Assembly: GCF_035285525.1 (NCBI RefSeq)
Contig: NZ_JAYKGW010000106.1
Coordinates: 3,901-35,900 of the forward strand
Length of the DNA stretch: 32,000 nt
Direction: 5' to 3'
DNA from: Okeania sp.
GTDB lineage: Bacteria > Cyanobacteriota > Cyanobacteriia > Cyanobacteriales > Microcoleaceae
The position numbers and the translations under genes are program-made. Positions 9,402 to 17,615 of this stretch are shown here, piece after piece. The notes under the pieces are model-generated. The model saw only the letters and a program-made list of their open reading frames with translations. It was not told the origin of the DNA and searched no databases. The stretch's first letter is position 1. Each line of letters starts with the position of its first letter.

Positions 9402-9662
9402 ATATCAAATCTGATAGTATCGGTATAATTAAAGGCCGTAGGGGTTTGGTCTCCCAAACCCCCTACAGATTAGAATTTTTCCTCTTTTCTGATGGTAGAA
9501 TTTTATTTTCCCCAGCCTGGAGATTTAATATGATATCAAATCTGATAGTATCGGTATAATTAAAGGCCGTAGGGTTTTGGTCTCCCAACCCTCTACAGAT
9601 TAGGATTTTTCCTCTTTTCTGATGGTAGAATTTTATTTTCCCAAGCCTGGGGATTTGATATC
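9402..9662 (+). repeat. tandem duplication, 2 x 131 bp, each with a GC-rich hairpin
   Basis: Units 9402-9532 and 9533-9662 differ at about 8 positions. Each carries GTAGGGGTTTGG-tctc-CCAAACCCCCTAC or a close variant. Confidence 0.9.
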
Positions 9663-9729
9663 ATTTTTCTAAAATCTGCTGTAGCTTTTTTTTAAACTAT
9701 TGCCGTTGCTGGTAATAATAAAACATCAA

Positions 9730-9840
9730 CTATAGCAATCCTAAATTAGTTGTGGAATTTTATTGTAGAAAATCCTTAGGGAGAGCAAACCCCCACAGTT
9801 ATTTTCCACAAATCATTGTTCCCTAGCGCGTACCGCTATA
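9730..9840 (+). mobile_element. MITE-like element, family CTATAGYAATCCTAAAT, copy 1
   Basis: ctatagcaatcctaaattag...caaacccccacagttattttccacaaatcattg...ccgctata is co-linear with 10619-10744. Confidence 0.5.
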
Positions 9841-9866
9841 AAATGTAAACAGGTAAAATTTTGAAA

Positions 9867-10481
9867 TTAAATATCATAAGTTCTGGCTTCAGCAGCTTCT
9901 GGATTATCCTCACAATATTCATCAAAAGCTGTTTTATCAAATCTTTCTGCCTTCTGATGAGCAGCTTCAGCTTGTAACTCTTCTACAATATCCCATGCTG
10001 CTGCACAATCTTTAGAAGTAACACCTTTTTCTGCACAAATACTTCTTGCTTCTTCAATAGCTACTTCTATTCTCTTTTCCAGTAGCACAGACTTTGGTTT
10101 TTCCGCAAAATCACTCTTGCTTAAAATATCTGTAATCGAAATAATACCAAGTAATTTATCTTTAATTACAGGCGCTCGACGTATACCTGTATCAGCAAAT
10201 AACCTGGCTACATATTCTACACCTAAATCTGGGTTAACTGCTATACAAGGCTTGGTCATAATTTCATATACCCGCACTTGTTTCGGATCTTTTCCATAAG
10301 CAGCAACCTGATAAACAATATCTGTCTCTGTGATAATACCATAAGCATCTTGGTCGTGACGACGTTCTACAATTAGAGCCCGCAGAGATAAGTCATTCAT
10401 TTTCTTCACAGCATCAGCTATCGTTGCTGAACCCCGAATTGTTTCTACATCGGTGGTCATAATATCTTTAGCTTTCATCAT
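9867..10481 (-). CDS. CBS-domain pair fused to a C-terminal CP12 domain (CBS-CP12)
   Basis: The N-terminal ~125 aa form two CBS repeats (IMTTDVETI..., IMTKPCIAVNPD...). The C-terminal part carries the CP12 core AWDIVEELQAEAAHQ and YCEDNPEAAEARTYD. Confidence 0.85.
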   Translation of the reverse strand: MMKAKDIMTTDVETIRGSATIADAVKKMNDLSLRALIVERRHDQDAYGIITETDIVYQVAAYGKDPKQVRVYEIMTKPCIAVNPDLGVEYVARLFADTGIRRAPVIKDKLLGIISITDILSKSDFAEKPKSVLLEKRIEVAIEEARSICAEKGVTSKDCAAAWDIVEELQAEAAHQKAERFDKTAFDEYCEDNPEAAEARTYDI

Positions 10482-10618
10482 CTTGACTTTTCCTCAAAAA
10501 TATGTATTTAATTATTGATACTTCAGCTACTAATATTTAGTAGCTTTGCTATTAATTAAGAATAGAATAAAACAGTTACTTAGTCTACAAATTTGTTATA
10601 TCAGTTATCAGTTTTAGA

Positions 10619-10744
10619 ACTATAGTAATCCTAAATAGGTGGCGAGATTTTCTAGTAAGGGTTTGGTTTCCCAACCCAAGCTTTAAGGGATTTGAAGACC
10701 AAACCTCTACAGTTTTTTCTCACAAATGATTTCTTATGGCTATA
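10619..10744 (+). mobile_element. MITE-like element, same family, copy 2 (palindromic, ends CTATAG...CTATAG)
   Basis: ctatagtaatcctaaatagg...gggtttggtttcccaaccc...ccaaacctctacagttttttctcacaaatgatt...ggctatag. A third partial copy is at 21921-21973. Confidence 0.55.
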
Positions 10745-10762
10745 GTAAAATTGTTGATTTTT

Positions 10763-11686
10763 TTATTCATCTGCCTCAATATTATTTATCAAATCTTTAA
10801 GAGTTAACTTCCAACTATAACTATTTTCTTTATTGATCGAAAGTTTATCCATAATATTTTCCACATCTTTTTGTAGTTTTTGAGTTAGAGTAATGGGAAA
10901 ATCTAAATCTATTCCCTGATTTTTTGCTATGTTTGCTAAATCAGAAAAATTAACTTTCTGAGTAGTGCGTTTCACAGATGATAATTTAAAACTCGAAGTT
11001 TCAGAAATATTCTGTTTTTGCATAGCTAATTTTATCCGTTCTTGGATATGAGAAATTTCTGAATCTAACAATTTCCATTCATGGAAAACTTCTTGATATC
11101 TACGAGTTAGTTCATCTAAATTTTCATTAGCAGGTTCAGGATTATTTTGATGAATTAATTCTAATAAAGCTAAGTAAATTTGAGCTAAATAAACTGTATC
11201 CATCTTGGCATATTCAAGTTGTTTTTCTGTCAGTGGGCGTTCTCCCCAATCACTTCCTTGTACTTTTTTATCTATATCTTGAAAAGTAGTGAGTTTTTCA
11301 GTTAAAGTCTTCAGTTTTAAATTAGGGATTGGCAAAATATAATAAGGTAATTTTTTAGCTATTTCTAAAGTACAAGTAATATTTTGAGCTTGATTTTTAC
11401 CCAGAAATTTAATGTCATATTTAGCATTGTGAAATACTTTCTCAATGTTGGGATTAACCATAATTTGGTCGATAAAAAATTTGGTTATATCTGGTTTTTC
11501 TAAAACATCAAAAATATAAACATTGTCACCTATCAAATCTTGAGGCTCGGCTAATAATTGAATTAAAGATAATCTAGGTTTACGAGTATTATAATCAGCA
11601 ACTTCTGTATCAATCCAAAGTATATTAGCTGTAGTTAATTTGTCAATAGCTTTGTTGATATCATTAGTATCTGTCAAATAAATCAT
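10763..11686 (-). CDS. 3'-5' exonuclease, DEDDy/RNase D-like domain with ~115-aa C-terminal extension
   Basis: Exo motifs are present: LWIDTEVAD (ExoI), HNAKYDIKFL (ExoII), YAKMDTVYL (ExoIII with Tyr). 307 aa. Confidence 0.8.
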   Translation of the reverse strand: MIYLTDTNDINKAIDKLTTANILWIDTEVADYNTRKPRLSLIQLLAEPQDLIGDNVYIFDVLEKPDITKFFIDQIMVNPNIEKVFHNAKYDIKFLGKNQAQNITCTLEIAKKLPYYILPIPNLKLKTLTEKLTTFQDIDKKVQGSDWGERPLTEKQLEYAKMDTVYLAQIYLALLELIHQNNPEPANENLDELTRRYQEVFHEWKLLDSEISHIQERIKLAMQKQNISETSSFKLSSVKRTTQKVNFSDLANIAKNQGIDLDFPITLTQKLQKDVENIMDKLSINKENSYSWKLTLKDLINNIEADE

Positions 11687-11852
11687 ATAGAAATTTTCAA
11701 ATTATTACTGGGTCATTTCAGTTATCAGTACCTTTGGTTGTTTGCCCAGCATGATCTAGGAAAGTATACTTGCTGGAAATAAAGCATTTTCAATTATTAA
11801 CATATAGAAGGAAAAACAAACTCAAGTCTTTCTATTTATTCTCTTATTTAAT

Positions 11853-12026
11853 TTATGCTAAAATTTCAGGTAATCGGTCTAAATCTCCCTCAGATAATTT
11901 ACGTCCTGGTTTAGACTTGAGACGGTTAGCTAAAGCAGAAAAGGCTTCGGTATTGTCTCGATGAGCTAATACATAAGAGCGTAACTCTGATTCATTCATG
12001 GTTTGAAAATTAGTAGGATGATTCAT
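11853..12026 (-). CDS. small conserved-looking cyanobacterial protein (57 aa), below the ORF-track length cutoff
   Basis: My own translation of the minus strand gives MNHPTNFQTMNESELRSYVLAHRDNTEAFSALANRLKSKPGRKLSEGDLDRLPEILA. GAGG lies 10 nt upstream of the ATG. The ELRxYVLAHRDxxEAF pattern matches, from memory, a family of short cyanobacterial DUF proteins. The alternative start is Met10 at 11999. Confidence 0.5.
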   Translation of the reverse strand: MNHPTNFQTMNESELRSYVLAHRDNTEAFSALANRLKSKPGRKLSEGDLDRLPEILA

Positions 12027-12104
12027 AGAATTTTTACCTCACCATTTCTATCAATAAAAACTTGGATATCTTCACCTGCAAATCAGCTCTTAAATTATTA
12101 ATTA

Positions 12105-13091
12105 TTAATTAACTGTACCATCTGGCATTATAGTACCTATTAACTTAGTATTTCTTAAATCTACTCCATCCAAAATTGCTCCTCTTAAACTAGCACCACT
12201 TAAGTCAGCACCATCAAGATTAGCTTCACTTAAATCAGCCTTCCACAAATAAGCTTCTTGTAAACAAGCACCACTTAAATTAGCTTGATGTAAATCAGCT
12301 AAATTAAAGTTAGCTTTACTCAAATTAGTATCAGTTAAAACAGCATAAGATAAATCAGCCCTCATTAAAACTGCTTCACTTAAATTACTAGAAATTAATA
12401 CAGCATTTCTCAGATTAGAACCATTGATAATTGCCTCTTTTAAATCGGCAGAACTTAAATTAACACTACTAAGATTTGTCGCAGTTAAGTCCGCACCAGA
12501 CAAATTAGTATACTTCATTATAGCTCCACTAAAATTAATTCCATTCAAATCCATTCCATGTAAATCTACATTCATCAAATTTGCATGACTCAGATTAACT
12601 CCTGTGAGAAAAGCACCTTGTACTAAAGCTTGATTAAGTCGAGCGTGATTCAAATTAGCCCAACGAAGATTAGCATTTTTCAGATTAGCAGAACGCAAAT
12701 TAATACCACTAAGATTAGCACCAGAAAGATTAATACCTTCTAAGTTAGCACTTCTCAAATTCACGCCAGATAAAATAGCACCACTTAATTTAGCACCACA
12801 TAACTCTGACTTAACTAAAAAAGAACCCTCTAAATCAGTTTTTGTCAAATCAGCATTAACAAGTTTTCCTTTTCCTAACTTGACAAATTTCATATTAGCA
12901 GAGTAAAGAAAAGCATCAGAAAAATTAGCTTCATGGAGAATAGCATTAGTTAAATCTGCACAAGCTAAAAAAGAACCTGTAAAATTAACTTTTTCTAGGT
13001 TTAATCTTTTTAAATTTGCTCCTACCAAATTTATTTGGCAAAAGTCTCGTTCTCCGAGAGAATATCGACTCTTTAATTCTTCAGAATTCAT
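12105..13091 (-). CDS. pentapeptide-repeat protein
   Basis: 328 aa, almost entirely A(D/N)LxG-type pentapeptides (ANLSGINLRSANLKNANLRWANL...). N-terminal ELKSRYSLGERDF leader and C-terminal IMPDGT tail. Confidence 0.9.
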   Translation of the reverse strand: MNSEELKSRYSLGERDFCQINLVGANLKRLNLEKVNFTGSFLACADLTNAILHEANFSDAFLYSANMKFVKLGKGKLVNADLTKTDLEGSFLVKSELCGAKLSGAILSGVNLRSANLEGINLSGANLSGINLRSANLKNANLRWANLNHARLNQALVQGAFLTGVNLSHANLMNVDLHGMDLNGINFSGAIMKYTNLSGADLTATNLSSVNLSSADLKEAIINGSNLRNAVLISSNLSEAVLMRADLSYAVLTDTNLSKANFNLADLHQANLSGACLQEAYLWKADLSEANLDGADLSGASLRGAILDGVDLRNTKLIGTIMPDGTVN

Positions 13092-13248
13092 ATTCTTACT
13101 CTCCTAGAATTTGCCTTAATTAAGATTATCAGTATACTCTAATTATACTCAATTACAAGAGGCTGGTTTTATTAATATTTGTAAATATCAAAAATCAAAG
13201 CCCATAGTAATTATAGTTAAAAATGTTAAACTATAAACAACAATATCT

Positions 13249-14088
13249 TTAGGAAGAAGTTGTACCATCAGGCATAATTGCTCCTCTCATATCTGCATCT
13301 CGGAAATTAGTTTTATTAAATTTTGCATCAATTAAAACAGCTTTCACTAATATAGCTCCTGTCAAATTTGACCAACTTAATTTAGACCGAAATAAATTAG
13401 CTCCTGTGAGATTAGCACCTCGTAAAGTAGTCCAACTAGCATTAGTGCTTCGTAGTTTTGCTCCACTTAAATTAGCTTCACTTAGAGTAGCTCCAATAGT
13501 AGTAGATTTACTCAAATCAGCTTCACAAAGATTACAACCACTTAACATAGCTCCACTCAAAATTCCATGAGTTAGGTTAGCATTATCCAAAATTGATTCA
13601 TTCATTAAAGCATTAGTTAAATTAGCAAATTCTAAGTGAGAACCACTTAAAATAGAGCGAATTAAATTAACACGAATCATTGTAGATTCACTCAAATTAG
13701 CTTTAGTCAAATTAGCTTGACTTAAGTTAGCCTCCGTTAAGTTAGCACCCTTTAAATCAGCTTCACTAAAATTAGCTTCCCTTGAATTAGAACCTCGGAG
13801 ATTAGACCCATTCAAATTAGCATTAGTCAAGTCAGTTTTAATCATAGTTGTTCCTATCAAATTTGCTTCGCTCAAATTTGCTCCCCTGAGAGAAGCATCT
13901 CCTAAACTAACTTCTCTAAAATTAACCCCACTAAGGTTAGCATCCTTCAAGATTGCATTACGAAGGTTTGCCCTAGTAAAATTAGCATTGCTTAAATCGG
14001 CTCCGGTTAAATCAATTCCTACCAGAGTAATACCTTTAAAATTTCTTTCCCCTGCTGCATATTGCCTAAGAAGTTCATCAGCTTCCAT
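13249..14088 (-). CDS. pentapeptide-repeat protein (paralogue of the neighbour)
   Basis: 279 aa with the same architecture as the neighbour: ELLRQYAAGERNF leader, pentapeptide body, IMPDGT tail. Confidence 0.9.
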   Translation of the reverse strand: MEADELLRQYAAGERNFKGITLVGIDLTGADLSNANFTRANLRNAILKDANLSGVNFREVSLGDASLRGANLSEANLIGTTMIKTDLTNANLNGSNLRGSNSREANFSEADLKGANLTEANLSQANLTKANLSESTMIRVNLIRSILSGSHLEFANLTNALMNESILDNANLTHGILSGAMLSGCNLCEADLSKSTTIGATLSEANLSGAKLRSTNASWTTLRGANLTGANLFRSKLSWSNLTGAILVKAVLIDAKFNKTNFRDADMRGAIMPDGTTSS

Positions 14089-14166
14089 TTGCTCTGCCTC
14101 AACCTATTTTGTATTTAATATTTTATATTTAAAGTGCAACATTATAGCACTAACCAATGGATAATG

Positions 14167-14208
14167 AATAATTAATAATTAATAATTAATAATTAGTAAT
14201 TAATAATG
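14167..14208. repeat. AATAATT heptamer x6 (two imperfect)
   Basis: Run immediately 5' of the 14213 element. The same arrangement occurs at 16291-16420. Confidence 0.9.
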
Positions 14209-14212
14209 GATC

Positions 14213-14304
14213 GGGACTTACGCAGCGACCCTAGATATAGTGCTTAAAACCCCATACGCAATAGGTTTTAAACTCTATAATATAGTAACTTTCCGTAATT
14301 TCTG
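14213..14304 (+). mobile_element. MITE-like element, GGACTTACGCA family, copy upstream of ilvD
   Basis: gggacttacgcagc...aaaaccccatacgcaataggttttaaactctataa...ccgtaatttctg, followed by ttgataatgaa. Co-linear with 16328-16420. Confidence 0.6.
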
Positions 14305-14617
14305 TTGATAATGAATAATTGATAATTATAGTTTTTACTGATCAAGGTTTGAGCCTTTAAACAGGCTCAAAAAAGTGCAACTTTTTTAGCCAAAATTACT
14401 AAAAAGTTAAGATTTTAAACAAACCCAAGGATAAAAAAATCAAGGAACAATTATTCCTTCTACTATCTCTTTCTTCCCACCCTCCCCACCCTTCTCACGT
14501 TCTGCTTTATTCAGCAACCCTAATTATTTTTCCTCTCTTCTTTCTCAAAAATAAATCCAGACTTGTATACAATTAATTTTTTTGGTCAAATAAAATAGTA
14601 AACTCAAAAAAAATTCT

Positions 14618-16303
14618 ATGCCAGAAAATAGAAGAAGCCAATTAGTAACTAAAGGAGTACAACGCGCTCCCAACCGAGCTATGCTCAGAGCAGTAGGTTT
14701 TCAAGATTCAGACTTTACCAAACCAATCATTGGGGTTGCCAATGCCTACAGCACTATTACTCCTTGTAACATGGGGATTAATGATTTGGCCCTCCGAGGT
14801 GTAGATGGAGTAAAAGATGCTGGAGGAATGCCACAGATATTTGGCACAATTACCATTAGCGACGGTATTTCCATGGGAACTGAAGGGATGAAATATTCCC
14901 TCGTTTCTAGAGACGTTATTGCCGACTCCATCGAAACAGTTTGTAATGGCCAAACAATGGACGGAGTTTTAGCCATTGGTGGATGTGATAAAAATATGCC
15001 TGGAGCCATGATAGCGATCGCCCGGATGAATATCCCAGCCATATTTGTTTATGGTGGTACGATTAAACCAGGCCATTACAACGGTAAAGATTTAACAGTT
15101 GTGAGTGCTTTTGAAGCAGTGGGACAATATAGTGCTGGAAAAATTGACGAAACAGAATTAACAGAAGTTGAACGTAGAGCTTGCCCTGGTGCTGGTTCCT
15201 GTGGGGGAATGTTTACTGCTAATACCATGTCTTCAGCTTTTGAAGCTATGGGTATGAGTCTGATGTACTCCTCAACAATGGCTGCGGAAGATGCAGAAAA
15301 AGCAGAGAGTACGGAAAAATCAGCTCATGTTTTGGTAGAAGCTATCCATAAACAAATTTTACCTCGGCAAATTATTACTCGCAAATCTATCGAAAATGCT
15401 ATTTCGGTAATTATGGCTGTTGGGGGTTCTACTAATGCAGTATTACATTTCTTGGCAATAGCTCATGCTGCGGAAGTAGAATTATCTTTGGATGATTTTG
15501 AAACAATTCGAGCTAGAGTACCTGTATTGTGTGACTTGAAACCAAGTGGTAAATACGTTGCTACAGATTTGCATAAAGCAGGTGGCATTCCTCAAGTTAT
15601 GAAAATGCTTTTAGAACATGACTTACTCCATCCAGATGAGTTAACTATAACAGGTAAAACTATTGCACAACAGTTAGCGGATGTACCTTCTGAACCACCT
15701 GCTAATCAAGATGTCATTCGACCTTGGGATAATCCTATGTATGCTCAAGGACATTTAGCTATTTTAAAAGGAAATCTGGCCAGTGAGGGAGCTGTGGCTA
15801 AAATTACCGGAGTGAAGAATCCAGAAATAACAGGTCCAGCAAGAGTATTTGAATCAGAAGAAGATTGCTTAGATGCAATATTAGCAGGAAAAATTCAAGC
15901 CGGAGATATTATTGTAGTTCGTTATGAAGGCCCCAAAGGTGGACCAGGAATGCGAGAAATGTTAGCTCCAACTTCAGCTATTATTGGTGCTGGTTTAGGA
16001 GATAAAGTAGGATTAATTACTGATGGTAGATTTTCTGGTGGTACTTATGGTATGGTAGTCGGTCATGTAGCTCCCGAAGCAGCAGTAGGTGGAGCGATCG
16101 CTCTGGTTAAGGAGGGAGATATGATTACTATTGATGCTCATCAGCGTTTACTACAGTTAAATATTTCTAATGAGGAGTTAGAAAAGCGTCGTCAAGTTTG
16201 GGAACCACCAACGCCTCGTTATACTAGAGGTGTATTAGCTAAGTATGCGAAGTTAGTTTCTTCTAGTAGTGTTGGAGCAGTAACAGATGCAATTAATAAT
16301 TAA
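14618..16303 (+). CDS. ilvD: dihydroxy-acid dehydratase
   Basis: 561 aa. Hallmarks: [75 protein letters not shown]. Confidence 0.97.
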   Translation: MPENRRSQLVTKGVQRAPNRAMLRAVGFQDSDFTKPIIGVANAYSTITPCNMGINDLALRGVDGVKDAGGMPQIFGTITISDGISMGTEGMKYSLVSRDVIADSIETVCNGQTMDGVLAIGGCDKNMPGAMIAIARMNIPAIFVYGGTIKPGHYNGKDLTVVSAFEAVGQYSAGKIDETELTEVERRACPGAGSCGGMFTANTMSSAFEAMGMSLMYSSTMAAEDAEKAESTEKSAHVLVEAIHKQILPRQIITRKSIENAISVIMAVGGSTNAVLHFLAIAHAAEVELSLDDFETIRARVPVLCDLKPSGKYVATDLHKAGGIPQVMKMLLEHDLLHPDELTITGKTIAQQLADVPSEPPANQDVIRPWDNPMYAQGHLAILKGNLASEGAVAKITGVKNPEITGPARVFESEEDCLDAILAGKIQAGDIIVVRYEGPKGGPGMREMLAPTSAIIGAGLGDKVGLITDGRFSGGTYGMVVGHVAPEAAVGGAIALVKEGDMITIDAHQRLLQLNISNEELEKRRQVWEPPTPRYTRGVLAKYAKLVSSSSVGAVTDAINN

Positions 16304-16322
16304 TAATTAATAATTAATAATT
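16291..16322. repeat. AATTAAT heptamer x4.5, containing the last three codons and the stop of ilvD
   Basis: The ilvD codons att aat aat taa (16292-16303) lie inside the run. Confidence 0.9.
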
Positions 16323-16327
16323 TGATT

Positions 16328-16420
16328 AGGACTTACGCACCAGATGCTATATATATAGTGCAAAAACCCCATACGCAATAGTTTTTGAACTCTATAAATA
16401 GTACCTTCGCGTAAGCCCTG
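16328..16420 (+). mobile_element. MITE-like element, GGACTTACGCA family, copy downstream of ilvD
   Basis: Left end AGGACTTACGC, right end GCGTAAGCCCT. Internal ccccatacgcaatagtttttgaactctataaatag. Followed by ttgataatgaa. Confidence 0.65.
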
Positions 16421-17119
16421 TTGATAATGAAAGATATCTTTTATTGTCAATTATTTAAAGTCTTTGAATAATTAATAATGGATAATTGATAATATCATGT
16501 CCGTTGGCATCGGAGCGTGTAAAAAGTTGGAGAAATATCTACCGCCATATCAGGTTTTTTCCTCTCAAATAAGCTTCTTCCTTTTTCCTTCTTCCTTACC
16601 GAAAAATATTGGTTTAAAGCCTCCCCTTTTAAGGGGATAAAAAAGAATATTCCTTATTTCAAGCATCTTGCTTGACCTTTGTTATGGCGCGAAATAGCTA
16701 GAGGTACTGATCACTGATAACTGATAACTGAAATAACCTTATCACTGGCAATATTAATCCTACTGGAGATGATATAATTGATGATGAAAAATATCTTGAA
16801 AATAGTCAATTATCTAAAGTCTTTGAATAATTAACAATTGATGATGAAAAATACAGTGGATTCCACTTTTGTGAAATACATCTGTCGCTGGCTTTCCAGC
16901 CCGCACTATAGACATTTAATTATGATGTATATACCTGGAATCTGCTGTATCTTGGAAAGTGTCAATTCTCTAAAGTCTTTGAATAACTGATAGTAAAAAA
17001 TATCTTTTAAATTATTAATTATCTAAAGTTTTTTTCAACAGTAAACTGTACTAAACCAGCCCCCTTTTTGAGATTTTTCTAAACCCTTCTTCCCTCTTCC
17101 TTCTTCCTTCTAAATTATA

Positions 17120-17593
17120 ATGAATGCCTCAATTTATAGTATTGCTATTGAAATCACTGCTGGAATTGCTAGACATTATTTTATTTCCTCTGACAGAACA
17201 TTTAAAAATTCAATTGGATGGGGTCTTCAAGGAATTGAATATCAAGGCAAAGGAGCAAAATTAACAGTTGAACAAGAACAACGAGTTTGTGAATATTTAG
17301 ACAAGTTTGGCAAGTATAATATTCATACTAATAATTGTGAAATGTTTGCTTGGTATGTCATTACTGGAAAACGTTATTCTGGGCAAATTAAAGAAAAAAT
17401 TCATACTGCAATTGGGTCTAAAATAGTTTCTCTTGTACAACCTGTTTTAACGCCTAGAGAAATAGTTAATTATCAGCATGAACAAGCAATAGTTTATAGA
17501 CTTAATGAAGACCTAGAAAAAGCAAAACTTGCTCAGTTAAAATCAGACCAAGCAATGCGTGATGATTTTTGGAAAAAAAAGAGATGCCAATAA
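17120..17593 (+). CDS. small LRAT/H-rev107-like (NlpC/P60 superfamily) protein with C-terminal coiled-coil-like tail
   Basis: 157 aa. YNIHTNNCEMFAWYVITG closely resembles the catalytic-Cys motif YxLLxNNCEHFVxYCRYG of the LRAT/HRASLS family. A candidate upstream His is in ARHYFISS. Assignment is from motif memory only. Confidence 0.6.
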   Translation: MNASIYSIAIEITAGIARHYFISSDRTFKNSIGWGLQGIEYQGKGAKLTVEQEQRVCEYLDKFGKYNIHTNNCEMFAWYVITGKRYSGQIKEKIHTAIGSKIVSLVQPVLTPREIVNYQHEQAIVYRLNEDLEKAKLAQLKSDQAMRDDFWKKKRCQ

Positions 17594-17615
17594 GTAGAAT
17601 AACAGGACCGAATTG

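Noticed and set aside
9353-9559. 68-codon + strand ORF downstream of sigA
   Set aside because: It runs across the 131-bp tandem duplication and its hairpins. The composition and repeat origin argue against coding.
9402-9662. Template/variable repeat pair of a diversity-generating retroelement
   Set aside because: The mismatches between the two 131-bp units are not adenine-specific (g/t, c/t, c/a and an indel as well as a/g). The units are non-coding, and no reverse transcriptase is nearby.
10655-10710. tRNA-like T-arm resemblance (reverse complement ggtcttcaaatccc)
   Set aside because: No acceptor stem, D-arm or anticodon arm can be drawn. The sequence is the centre of the palindromic CTATAG-family element.
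11770-11964. 64-codon + strand ORF
   Set aside because: It is antisense to the better-supported 57-codon minus-strand ORF (SD-like GAGG, recognisable conserved motif), and its own sequence is low-complexity.
14708-15042. Minus-strand ORFs inside ilvD
   Set aside because: They are antisense to a highly conserved gene. The same reasoning applies to 5211-5405, 8728-8922, 10117-10299, 18899-19105, 19574-19789 and 19861-20097.
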